This document shows positions 18,232-27,268 of a stretch of DNA of 32,000 bases, one piece after another; positions within the stretch are counted from its first letter, which is position 1; every line of letters starts with the position of its first letter. The translations under genes were made by a program, and so were the position numbers. The notes below the pieces were generated by a model. That model had not been told where the DNA came from and did not search any database. It was given only the letters and a program-made list of their open reading frames with translations. Origin of the DNA: Candidatus Lokiarchaeum ossiferum. GTDB lineage: Archaea > Asgardarchaeota > Lokiarchaeia > Sigyniarchaeales > Promethearchaeaceae. The stretch is from NCBI GenBank assembly GCA_025839675.1, contig CP104013.1:5520001-5552000 (forward strand), in the 5' to 3' direction.

Positions 18232-18316
18232 AATAAATATAAGTAGGTGACACATTTTCTGTCTAAAAAAGATGGTGATTTTTTACAAATTCCAAATTAT
18301 CCATGTATAAAATGTT
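18232..18316 (-). promoter_or_regulatory. Copy B of the shared 85-nt promoter/leader element, upstream of thrC
   Basis: See copy A. It has the same AACATTTTATACA box (18316-18304 on the minus strand) and the same core (18256-18288). Its proximal edge (18232) lies 113 nt upstream of the ATG at 18119. Confidence 0.55.
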
Positions 18317-18416
18317 AGTATCTGCTTTCAAATATTAAAAAAGGTTCTTTTAACAGAGGATCATTATTCCAAAAATACATTGCTATGGTTTAGATAGATA
18401 AAAATTGGAAAAAATT

Positions 18417-18587
18417 TCACTTGATTTTAACTTCCCATCCTTCACAAGCTTCAGTAGTGACACGTTCACCATCCCATAATGCACAAAATCCGACACATTC
18501 GGGATTTGTAGAGCAATATCCATGCGGATCTTCTCCATCCACAGCACAATTGTGGAAATATTTACAATTTAAGCAGCTTTTTTCCAT
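18417..18587 (-). CDS. Small (56 aa) cysteine-rich protein, probably metal-binding. It is below the ORF-track size cut-off
   Basis: Hand translation from the ATG at 18587: MEKSCLNCKYFHNCAVDGEDPHGYCSTNPECVGFCALWDGERVTTEACEGWEVKIK, with the stop TGA at 18419-18417. It has 7 Cys and 2 His. A GGTG lies 8 nt upstream of the ATG. T-runs follow the stop. The overlapping plus-strand track ORF (18421-18603) has an implausible Ser/Pro/Gln-rich composition. Confidence 0.6.
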   Translation of the reverse strand: MEKSCLNCKYFHNCAVDGEDPHGYCSTNPECVGFCALWDGERVTTEACEGWEVKIK

Positions 18588-18767
18588 TTTTTTTACACCA
18601 TAAAATTGATTTAACTTTAAATTTATTCTGCGAGTTTATCTTAAAAAAGTTGTGGCAAGTAATCTCTTTCTATTTTAAAGAAATCTATTCTATAAAAATA
18701 ATGTTGACACATTGTATTGAAAATACAAGCAAATTTTTTATTTTTTTCTGTGTTCCTTTTCTTGTAG

Positions 18768-19730
18768 ATGATATCTTATTCTAAAATTCAAGAGGCTTAT
18801 GATCGAATATCTAAGGAAATCAATCATACTCCCGTAATGACTTCACGCACTTTAAATTCTTTATTGGATGCTCAAATTTATCTAAAATGTGAAAATTTTC
18901 AACGTATTGGGGCGTTTAAATTTCGAGGTGCTTATAATGCAATTAGCCAATTAAGTGATGAACAAAAATCTCGAGGTGTAATTACTCATTCAAGCGGAAA
19001 TCATGCTCAAGCTGTAGCACTAACTGCAAAAATTCTCGGAATTAATGCTACAATAGTTATGCCTAAAGGATCGCCACAAGTTAAAATAAATGCTACACGT
19101 GATACTTATGGGGCTAAAGTTGTGCTTTGTGAAAACACTGTTAAATCTCGTCATGAAACATGTGATAACATTATGACCAAAGAAGGACAAACTCTGATTC
19201 ATCCATATGATAATGATCATATTATTGCGGGGGCAGGTACTGCAGCATTTGAATTATTACAGGAAGTTCCTAATCTTGATATGATCATTGCTCCAGTGGG
19301 TGGAGGGGGGTTATTAAGTGGTTCTTCCATTGCAGCAAAAGGTATTAATTCACACATTCGAGTTATTGCTGCTGAACCAGAAGGAGCTGATGATGCGTAT
19401 CGATCTCTTCTATCTGGAAAAATTGAATCTAATCAAAATCCCAATACTATAGCGGATGGATTACGCACTAATCTCTGTAATCGAACATTTTCAATTATTA
19501 GGACTAATGTTGAAAAAATTATAACCGTTTCGGAATCAGAAATCATTCACGCAATGCAACTTATTTGGGAACGAATGAAAATCATAATTGAACCTTCCAG
19601 TGCTACTCCTTTGGCTGCATTACTTTCGAAGAAAATTTCTGTTAAAAATTTAAAAGTAGGGCTAATTATAAGTGGTGGGAATATAGATCTTACCGATTTT
19701 TTTTCATTGCTGAAAAAACAGATTGTTTAA
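18768..19730 (+). CDS. PLP-dependent threonine/serine dehydratase (serine racemase-like, no ACT domain)
   Basis: Motifs: GAFKFRGAYN (PLP lysine), HSSGNHAQAVA and PVGGGGLLSG. At 320 aa it lacks a regulatory C-terminal domain. Confidence 0.88.
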   Translation: MISYSKIQEAYDRISKEINHTPVMTSRTLNSLLDAQIYLKCENFQRIGAFKFRGAYNAISQLSDEQKSRGVITHSSGNHAQAVALTAKILGINATIVMPKGSPQVKINATRDTYGAKVVLCENTVKSRHETCDNIMTKEGQTLIHPYDNDHIIAGAGTAAFELLQEVPNLDMIIAPVGGGGLLSGSSIAAKGINSHIRVIAAEPEGADDAYRSLLSGKIESNQNPNTIADGLRTNLCNRTFSIIRTNVEKIITVSESEIIHAMQLIWERMKIIIEPSSATPLAALLSKKISVKNLKVGLIISGGNIDLTDFFSLLKKQIV

Positions 19731-19748
19731 TATTTGGGTTGTGAATAC

Positions 19749-20549
19749 ATGAAGAAAAAAATTGGATATGTGCAAAATTCTCCCCAATTTGGAGATAAAA
19801 AAACAAATTTCTCCCAATTACAAGATCTTCTTAAGAATATCTCTGCTGATTTGATTGTACTACCTGAATTATTTGCTACAGGTTATACATTTACATCTCG
19901 CAATGAAGTTGAGATGCTTGCTGAATCGGATCAAGGCGAAACTGCAATATTTATGAAGCACTTAAGTCTTCAGACTGGAGCCGTGATCGTTGGAGGTTTT
20001 ATCGAGAATTCTGAAGAAAATTACTATAATTCTGCAATGATTGTGGATGGTTCTGGTGTTAGAGGTATTTATCGGAAGGTGCATCTTTTCAATAAAGAAA
20101 AACTCTGGTTTAAGCCGGGAAATGAAGGTTTTAAAGTTTTCGATGTCATGGGCATGAAAATCGGGGTTATGATATGTTTTGATTGGATTTTCCCTGAATC
20201 TGCAAGATCCTTAGCCCTGAATGATGCAGAAATTATTGCTCATCCTGCCAATCTCGTGTTACCTTACTGTCAAAAGGCAATGACCACTCGATGCATTGAA
20301 AATCATATTTTTGCCATTACATCCAATCGTATTGGTGTTGAAAAAAGAGGAGAAGATAAATTTGATTTTACTGGAGGGAGTCAAATAACTGATCTTAATG
20401 GTAATATATTATCTTCTGCACCAAAAAACACCGAATTTGTAGATATTGTGGAAGTTGACTTATCTCTGTCTCATGATAAATCACTCAATCCTTATAATAA
20501 TTTATTAACTGATCGAAAACCAAAATTCTACACTTCACTCAATAGATAA
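19749..20549 (+). CDS. Carbon-nitrogen hydrolase (nitrilase superfamily amidase)
   Basis: The E-K-C triad contexts are LPELFATGY, YRKVHLF and MICFDWIFPE. The track start is a TTG at 19734, so I prefer the ATG at 19749 (MKKKIGYVQ). Confidence 0.88.
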   Translation: MKKKIGYVQNSPQFGDKKTNFSQLQDLLKNISADLIVLPELFATGYTFTSRNEVEMLAESDQGETAIFMKHLSLQTGAVIVGGFIENSEENYYNSAMIVDGSGVRGIYRKVHLFNKEKLWFKPGNEGFKVFDVMGMKIGVMICFDWIFPESARSLALNDAEIIAHPANLVLPYCQKAMTTRCIENHIFAITSNRIGVEKRGEDKFDFTGGSQITDLNGNILSSAPKNTEFVDIVEVDLSLSHDKSLNPYNNLLTDRKPKFYTSLNR

Positions 20550-20588
20550 ACTAAACTTTTTTTAGTTTCCTTAAGATAGAACATCTTA

Positions 20589-23120
20589 ATGGAAGAATTC
20601 AAAACGAAGATCAATGCGAATAAATTATTGGTTACTATTGCGGATTCTAAATTTGAATTATTTAAAGCTAATGAGTCTATTCAATTTTCTTTTTATTCTG
20701 GAGATTTGCATCTAAAAGAAGTAACATCTTCAATCCTAATCAATTCTAATAATAAGATCATTCCTCTTTTCCCCTATATAGAAGAAAAATCTGAAATCCG
20801 TCCCATAATTGTACCTTTCGAAAATCAAATTGGTTCAGGAAAAAATATTGTTATTAAATGCATGTTCAAAGGTGACATTGATGGAGATTTTATCCAGATT
20901 CCTTGTAGCATGGATTTTAATTTTTATTCATCCTTTAAATTTCCATTGAACACTTCCAAGATGTATCATTTTCTTTCGATTCAAATTAAAATTGATTTTA
21001 TTCCCCAAGATCTTAGTGATGTGCGAATATATGGCTTTTCTCCTTTATATGCGAAAAATATGGGTCATCTCAAATTATTTCCTGATTTTAACACTTTTAA
21101 TCCAAGAAACATATCCTTTTATTCAAATGGCTGGCAATCTTGGTCAATTAATCGTTTGTTGAAGTATGATGATAAATGGCCATCCTGTCCTGTGAAAATT
21201 GGGAGAATAAATATGGAAAATCAAGATCAAAAGTTATCTGGGCGATATCAAAGCGAATGGCACAGCGTCATAACTGATATGTCATCAGATTCCGCTCTTG
21301 TTATGGGATTTATAACTTTGAAGGACCAATTCTCCCGAATTTTAATGGATCCAATTGAAGAGGATGGATCAGTGTCTTGGCTTTGCGCGTATTCGCAAAC
21401 TGATTCAATTCCAATTTTACAATTAAATTCTGGTTTATTAAAATCGGAAGTATTGATGCTTGTCTTGGTGAATAATCCTGAATCTTACGATGTTCTTGCC
21501 CATATCTGCCATTTTGGTGGAATTAATGAAAAAATTCGTCCTTCACCTGTTGTGAAATCTGGTTGGTGTTCATGGTATTATTATTATACTAAAGTGAAAG
21601 AACTAGACATTATCTCTAATCTCGAATATTTTAAGAAGAATAAAAATTTGCCCATCGGTTTAATACAATTGGATGATGGTTATCAAACTTGGATTAGCGA
21701 TTGGGGAGTTGACAATAATACCTTTAATGAAAAATTTCCCCATGGTTTAAAGTGGTTAGTCCAAAAAATACATAAGGCGGGATTTAAGGCGGGATTGTGG
21801 GTTGCTCCCTTTTTTATTGCTGATAAATCGCAACTTTTAAGTAATCATCCTGATTGGATTTTAAAGAATCAAGATGCAAAATTAATTAACACTGCTTATA
21901 ACTGGGGACACAAAAATTATGCTATGGATTTAAGCCAAGATGAAGCGATTCAACATTTAAATTCGTTATCACAAGTTATTGGTCATGAATGGGAATTTGA
22001 TTTCTTAAAAATTGATTTTATTTATGCTTCTGAAGCTTTGGGAGCAATTTATAAGAACCCAAATTACTCAAGAGCTCAAATATTACGTCGTGGGGTACAA
22101 GCAATTCGGGATGGATTAGGTGAAAATAAAATACTCCTTGGCTGTGGTGCTCCTTTGGGACCATGTGTTGGTTTGGTTGATGTTATGCGCATTGGGACCG
22201 ATACTGCTGCAAAATGGTCTCCTCAAGAAATTCTTTTTACTAAAATTGGGAAATTAGCTATGCCTTCTCTTAAGGCAACTTTGCGATCCACAATTCAACG
22301 TTCTTACATGCACAATACATGGTTTTATAATGATCCGGATTGTGTTGTGGTTCGTGAAAATCGTTCAAAGTTGACAATTGACGAGATTTTATTACAATTA
22401 ACCGTTTTTGGATTAAGTGGAGGGCAAGTTCTTATTTCTGATGATGAAAACTTGGTTTCGAAAGATCGTCTTAAATTGTTAAATAAAATTCTTCCTCCTG
22501 GTTCTTCTTCTCCTTTAGATTCTACCAATTCTATGCCAATTCCCTTGAATATTTTTAAAGAAAGTATACCTACAATATATTCACGAACTGTAGAAACAAA
22601 ATTTGGAGAAAGATATCTGACTTCATTAATAAATTGGACAAAAAAGAATGTTTCACGAACTATCACATTAAAAAAAATGATTCGTTATGATGATGTATCC
22701 AAACTTGAACCAGAACAAAAATTTATAATATTCGATTTTTGGAATGAAAAATCTGTGGGTATTTATTCTATAGATGAAATTATTGAAGAAATAATCATTC
22801 CTCCTCGTGGATGTAGATATTTTTCAATAATCCCAATTCCTCTACATGTTAATACAAGGCCCATCTTTCTTTCCTCAACGATTCATATTCTTCAAGGTTA
22901 TTTAGAAATTAAGAATATTAAGGAAAATCAACAGAATATTCAAATATTTTTGGATCTACCAGGAGTACATTCAGGTGATCTTTATTTTTATTTGCCAAAC
23001 TCTTGTAATCTTCAATCAGAGACAAACTCAATTAAAATGATTGAAACAAATATTGGTGCTATTGCTAAAGTTCATTCATTTCTATCTGAAGAACAAATCG
23101 TAGAATTATCCTTTAACTAG
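20589..23120 (+). CDS. GH36-like alpha-galactosidase (clan GH-D) with N- and C-terminal beta-sandwich domains
   Basis: Motifs: SGWCSWYYYY, IQLDDGYQ, FLKIDFIY (nucleophile Asp context), GCGAPLGP and YNDPDC (acid/base context). Confidence 0.8.
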   Translation: MEEFKTKINANKLLVTIADSKFELFKANESIQFSFYSGDLHLKEVTSSILINSNNKIIPLFPYIEEKSEIRPIIVPFENQIGSGKNIVIKCMFKGDIDGDFIQIPCSMDFNFYSSFKFPLNTSKMYHFLSIQIKIDFIPQDLSDVRIYGFSPLYAKNMGHLKLFPDFNTFNPRNISFYSNGWQSWSINRLLKYDDKWPSCPVKIGRINMENQDQKLSGRYQSEWHSVITDMSSDSALVMGFITLKDQFSRILMDPIEEDGSVSWLCAYSQTDSIPILQLNSGLLKSEVLMLVLVNNPESYDVLAHICHFGGINEKIRPSPVVKSGWCSWYYYYTKVKELDIISNLEYFKKNKNLPIGLIQLDDGYQTWISDWGVDNNTFNEKFPHGLKWLVQKIHKAGFKAGLWVAPFFIADKSQLLSNHPDWILKNQDAKLINTAYNWGHKNYAMDLSQDEAIQHLNSLSQVIGHEWEFDFLKIDFIYASEALGAIYKNPNYSRAQILRRGVQAIRDGLGENKILLGCGAPLGPCVGLVDVMRIGTDTAAKWSPQEILFTKIGKLAMPSLKATLRSTIQRSYMHNTWFYNDPDCVVVRENRSKLTIDEILLQLTVFGLSGGQVLISDDENLVSKDRLKLLNKILPPGSSSPLDSTNSMPIPLNIFKESIPTIYSRTVETKFGERYLTSLINWTKKNVSRTITLKKMIRYDDVSKLEPEQKFIIFDFWNEKSVGIYSIDEIIEEIIIPPRGCRYFSIIPIPLHVNTRPIFLSSTIHILQGYLEIKNIKENQQNIQIFLDLPGVHSGDLYFYLPNSCNLQSETNSIKMIETNIGAIAKVHSFLSEEQIVELSFN

Positions 23121-23123
23121 ACG

Positions 23124-23140
23124 TTTTTTTCTTGATTTTT
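23124..23140 (+). terminator. Oligo-T tracts after the alpha-galactosidase gene
   Basis: The sequence tttttttcttgattttt begins 4 nt after the stop. Confidence 0.4.
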
Positions 23141-23241
23141 AAGATGTAATTTATTGGCAGACTATTTAAATTACTTAACAATGTTTTTACGTTAATTCCG
23201 CATTATTATTGTATATCTGAAGTTTAGATATACAAACGGGG

Positions 23242-24393
23242 TTGAATGACAAAATAATCAATATAGTTGATATTATGTTTTTTCTTGGGGGAATCATATT
23301 TTGGTGTTTGGGGATTTTTACTTTTCGTGAATATTTTAGGTTGAAATTTAAAAATGACTTATTCTTGGGGTCATTTTTTTTAGCGATTGGTTGGTTATTC
23401 CCACTAGTACTACTGATCCCATATTCTTCTCCAACTATTTCGACTCAAATTATAGGTATTGGAGCAACCCTTCTTATCCCAATTGCAATTGTATGTCTTA
23501 ATCTATTTGTTGATTTCACTGTTGGGGATAAAATTACCTTCACAACTGCCCTAACCATAATATTATCCGGTTTTATTGATGGATTACTTATTTCCCAAGA
23601 AAGTTTTCCAATGAAACATGTCAATTCGATTTATGGAGATGCTTACCTATTAGACTATACGTCAAAATTCGCAAATTCCGCATTCTGGTTAATTTTTTTA
23701 ATATGTGTGGTCGTGATTGGCCGTATAATTATTCATGCTCGGAGATTTGAAAAGAAACAAAATCAAACCATCCCTTCTAACAAAGAGTCAACAACAATTC
23801 TATATTTGATGAGTCTTGGAGGTACTTTTTGGGTATTATTTGCATTATTGAAGCAAATATTTCCTGAATACTTGATCGGCTTAGATATGTTCTGTATTTC
23901 GATCTTCTATCTGATAACTCTGACTTATTATATAAAAAAAAGGGAATTATTATATTTTCTTCCAGGAACTCTCGATTTGCTTATAGTAATTCATAGAAAT
24001 GGATTGCATTTACTTGATTATAATTTTAAGACAAAAGAAATCTCCCAAAAAACTCATTCAAAAGACAGTTATCGCAAAAATAATTTACGAAGTTTATTGT
24101 ATGGAATCACAACAACCTTACAGGAAATAATCTCTGAAGATGTTCCTGCTGATGATCTCAGTAATATTTCGTTTTCAGAATCTGAGGTATTAAGAAAACA
24201 ATCTAAGTCTCTAATTTGGTTTTTAATCTCTCATGAAGCTCCAAGCGATAAATACACCTTGCTTTTTAACCGATATATTGAAGAAATTGAGAATGAATGC
24301 GAAGAAGAACTAAAAAATCTTGATGAGGGATTAATCTATGTGTCAAAGAAATTCTTTACTTCAGTTCAAAAAAAATTTTCGAAAATATCTTAA
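23242..24393 (+). CDS. Seven-TM membrane protein with a ~150-aa cytoplasmic alpha/beta C-terminal domain
   Basis: Seven hydrophobic helices fall at about aa 8-28, 40-59, 69-90, 98-117, 146-166, 183-202 and 210-230. Basic loops after TM1, TM5 and TM7 imply an N-out/C-in topology. The track start is a TTG at 23242. The first in-frame ATG is at 23275. Confidence 0.7.
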   Translation: MNDKIINIVDIMFFLGGIIFWCLGIFTFREYFRLKFKNDLFLGSFFLAIGWLFPLVLLIPYSSPTISTQIIGIGATLLIPIAIVCLNLFVDFTVGDKITFTTALTIILSGFIDGLLISQESFPMKHVNSIYGDAYLLDYTSKFANSAFWLIFLICVVVIGRIIIHARRFEKKQNQTIPSNKESTTILYLMSLGGTFWVLFALLKQIFPEYLIGLDMFCISIFYLITLTYYIKKRELLYFLPGTLDLLIVIHRNGLHLLDYNFKTKEISQKTHSKDSYRKNNLRSLLYGITTTLQEIISEDVPADDLSNISFSESEVLRKQSKSLIWFLISHEAPSDKYTLLFNRYIEEIENECEEELKNLDEGLIYVSKKFFTSVQKKFSKIS

Positions 24394-24399
24394 TTCTAC

Positions 24400-24807
24400 T
24401 TATTTTACCTTGAGAATTTTTTTGATTAATGGGACAAAATCATCAAATGCATACAGATTACCATCCCAAGCATTGATTTGTTCGATAGTATGAGTACTTT
24501 CAAATGCCTCAATTATTTGGGAAAGCATTTTATCAATTTTTTTTTCTTTAAGTTTAGTTTTTTTGCCTGCAATGAAAACATAATACAAAGGAAGGTTACC
24601 CATCTTCAACATAATATTTAATTTCCCTAATTCAAAGGTTGAAATGATATCTCCACTTGCTGCCTTAGCAAATTGAAGAATTCCTGTAAGATAACTGGCA
24701 GTGAGTAATTTCGATTGCTCTTCATTTTCTGCTTTTTCAGTTGCATTGAAATAAAAGACCATTTGACCGCCCTTATCCAAAATATAAATTTCCTGTCGTT
24801 TTTCCAT
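24400..24807 (-). CDS. Small soluble alpha/beta protein, possibly with a longin/roadblock-like fold. Function unknown
   Basis: The track start is a TTG at 24822. The ATG at 24807 is preceded by GGAG 9 nt upstream. The sequence pattern is a beta hairpin (EIYILDKGGQMVFYF), a helix (LLTASYLTGILQFAKAA), three strands (IISTFELGKLNIMLKMGNLPLYYVFIAG) and two helices. The fold call is inference. Confidence 0.65.
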   Translation of the reverse strand: MEKRQEIYILDKGGQMVFYFNATEKAENEEQSKLLTASYLTGILQFAKAASGDIISTFELGKLNIMLKMGNLPLYYVFIAGKKTKLKEKKIDKMLSQIIEAFESTHTIEQINAWDGNLYAFDDFVPLIKKILKVK

Positions 24808-24896
24808 GTGGGATTTCTCCAAGATTTGGCAACAATACTTACAAGTTATTAGATGCTGTATTCGATAAAAAAGATTTTTAATTTAATTTCTATATT

Positions 24897-25598
24897 CTAA
24901 AAAAAGACATTCATCAGCCATTCATATAGATTGATATACAAATCTTTAGTTAGGAACCAAAAAAAGCCTAGCTCAAGATAAGCCTCTATTGTGCCAAAAA
25001 TCGTATCACTTGGAAAATGGCATCCTAAAATCATACGGGAGTATCCAATGGCTACGTTATAAGCTACTAATATGGGAATAAACCAAGGAAATGGAAAAAA
25101 CACTATTCCAATAAGTCCCACCAAAATGGTTGAATGGTGACAGTGACCACTAGGAAAGCTAAACCCATGGCCCGTTTTATCCAACCGTATAATATCGTCA
25201 TATTGAACAAATGGTCGTGGTCGTTTAATGAAATTTTTTATAATGAAATAAATTGCAAAGGATTGGAAAAAGCCTGAGAGAAATATAGTTAATAGAGAGA
25301 AACTCCATTCATTAATGATGCCCCAAATACTTAAAATGACAAATGTTGGACCCCACAATCGAGGATCTCCTGCAAATGAAATTAATTTTGCCCATTTTCT
25401 TACTTTTGAACCTGAAAATTTATGATAAATTAGTTTGCTATTTTTAGCATCCCATGTGTCCAATTTTGGAAATTTGTTTTTGATAAAATCGGGTTTTTTA
25501 TCGATTTGAGATAAATTTTTATCTGAATTAACGTCTATCATACGCAATAATAAATAAAAGAGAAAATACCTTAAATTTTTTTCTTTAGTTTGTATCAA
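24897..25598 (-). CDS. PAP2-family membrane phosphatase (phosphatidic acid / polyprenyl-diphosphate phosphatase type)
   Basis: The three PAP2 motifs are KRPRP, PSGH and SRMILGCHFPSD, with several TM helices. The start used is a TTG at 25598, which overlaps the upstream stop (TTGA). An alternative ATG lies at 25541. Confidence 0.82.
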   Translation of the reverse strand: MIQTKEKNLRYFLFYLLLRMIDVNSDKNLSQIDKKPDFIKNKFPKLDTWDAKNSKLIYHKFSGSKVRKWAKLISFAGDPRLWGPTFVILSIWGIINEWSFSLLTIFLSGFFQSFAIYFIIKNFIKRPRPFVQYDDIIRLDKTGHGFSFPSGHCHHSTILVGLIGIVFFPFPWFIPILVAYNVAIGYSRMILGCHFPSDTIFGTIEAYLELGFFWFLTKDLYINLYEWLMNVFF

Positions 25599-26479
25599 TC
25601 AAGATCATTTAGATAACGCATAGCGATTCCATGCATTTTAATGACATGATAGGGAACACTGAGTGCAAAACCGAGATCTATATGTAAATTTTGTCGTAAG
25701 CTCCGAAATCTCATGACAAAATCTCCTGTTTCACCTATTCTTTCATAATTTGAGATTATTGTGTGTAAAGGTCGAACATATCGAAATAATGTATAGCTAC
25801 AACTCTTGAGGGACCATTTATAGGCTTCTAAGAAATATTTCATAAATTTTCGATTCCATGGGATTAGTAGAATGGTTCCTGACCATAAAATCAGATTCAT
25901 TAGCATCGATTTAATTAATTGTCTGTGGGAAATAGGAGTTTGATGATTTGCAATATTCGCATTGCCATAGATGACTCTGGCTCCTGCGCGCATGGAATCC
26001 AGAACTATTTTATTGGGTGCCAGCATCTTGGTTAATCCGGAAGAAGTAGAGAATATCTTTGCAAAGTTCTTTTCTTCCCAGGCTTGATGGCGACAAATGA
26101 AATGGGAACAAAACATACCTGTATTGCGATTTACTATCTGTATTATTTGTGACAGAGGATCATAATGATATTCTGCAAATTTATGCTTGATTTCGATGGT
26201 AGTTAAAATTGGTTCCACACTTTTGATTTTTTTTGAGGAAATGGAGTTATTTGCAATTATTAAAATATCAATATCCGACATTGGAGAAACAAAATCATGA
26301 GCAACTGAACCGAATAAAATGACGGAGTCAATCGAATTCCTTCCAAGTAATGCTTCTGCGGTTCCAATTAATTCTTTTATGTAACTTTTATGGCGAAGGG
26401 ATAGATTTCCAAAGACAATTTCTGAAATGATACTTTCCTTAACTGAGGAAAATTCCTTCCAGAAAAATTTATTCATCAT
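25595..26479 (-). CDS. Pol-beta-superfamily nucleotidyltransferase with a ~180-aa helical C-terminal domain
   Basis: VILFGSVAHDFVSPMSDIDILII fits the GS-x10-DxD NTase motif. The ATG-ATG start is at 26479. The C-terminal region contains RSLRQNLH, which fits Rx6H (a HEPN-like spacing, weak evidence). Confidence 0.8.
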   Translation of the reverse strand: MMNKFFWKEFSSVKESIISEIVFGNLSLRHKSYIKELIGTAEALLGRNSIDSVILFGSVAHDFVSPMSDIDILIIANNSISSKKIKSVEPILTTIEIKHKFAEYHYDPLSQIIQIVNRNTGMFCSHFICRHQAWEEKNFAKIFSTSSGLTKMLAPNKIVLDSMRAGARVIYGNANIANHQTPISHRQLIKSMLMNLILWSGTILLIPWNRKFMKYFLEAYKWSLKSCSYTLFRYVRPLHTIISNYERIGETGDFVMRFRSLRQNLHIDLGFALSVPYHVIKMHGIAMRYLNDLD

Positions 26480-26489
26480 GTTATCTACT

Positions 26490-27146
26490 TCAGTGATTGT
26501 TTATTAATCCTTCTTTTGAGAAAATATCCTTAATTGACTCCATACGCAAATCCAGCCGATTTTGGATGATTTGAATAAAGGCATCCATCATTTGATCTTT
26601 TTCCAATCCTATATCACGACTGACTTTAAAATTCAATTTTTCATAATCCAATTTTCGCTTAGTAATGTACTTATTCATAATTTTGTCCATAGCCCCTTCT
26701 TTACCTATAAAACCTCTTAGTAAACCCATTAATCCGATCCGATCTAATGTATCTGCATCGAAAACGGCTTTTTCTTCGGGGGTTTCAGGAGAAATCATAG
26801 AAGTGGGTGTGTGGCGAATTACCACTCGACAAATGGCATCTCTAACATTTTCATCAATTTTTAGCCCATCCAAAAATTCTTCCGCTAAAGAACCACCAAA
26901 TAAGCCGTGGATGTGCGAAAAAACCGAATTTGTTTTTCCAATGTCATGCAATAAGGCTCCTGCACTTAAAATGAATGGATCAACAGATTCAGAGATCGAT
27001 TTTCCAATTTGGATTGCATATCGACAAACAGTCAAAACATGTGCATAATCATGGCTATTGCTTTCAGCATGAGCGGATCGAACAAATTCTTGTAGTTTAA
27101 TAAGGATTTGAGTTTCTTCGTTAGTGAGTTTTCGTGAAAATACCAT
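26490..27146 (-). CDS. HD-domain metal-dependent phosphohydrolase
   Basis: Motifs: SHDYAHV, GALLHDIGK, VIRHTP and FDADTLD. The ATG at 27146 is preceded by GGAGGT. Confidence 0.88.
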   Translation of the reverse strand: MVFSRKLTNEETQILIKLQEFVRSAHAESNSHDYAHVLTVCRYAIQIGKSISESVDPFILSAGALLHDIGKTNSVFSHIHGLFGGSLAEEFLDGLKIDENVRDAICRVVIRHTPTSMISPETPEEKAVFDADTLDRIGLMGLLRGFIGKEGAMDKIMNKYITKRKLDYEKLNFKVSRDIGLEKDQMMDAFIQIIQNRLDLRMESIKDIFSKEGLINNH

Positions 27147-27268
27147 TAAAATTACCTCCTAGTCACTAATATTTCTTATCCATACGGACTTAAATAAGGT
27201 TAGTTTGATTCTGAATTTGAAAAAATAAAACTCTTTTAATTAAGTGAAAAAATGGATCTTAAAAAATA

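Noticed and set aside
18421-18603. Tracked 60-aa plus-strand ORF
   Set aside because: It has a Ser/Pro/Gln/Thr-rich composition atypical for this window. It has no ribosome-binding site and starts with TTG. It is exactly antisense to a better-supported Cys-rich ORF (18417-18587, minus strand).
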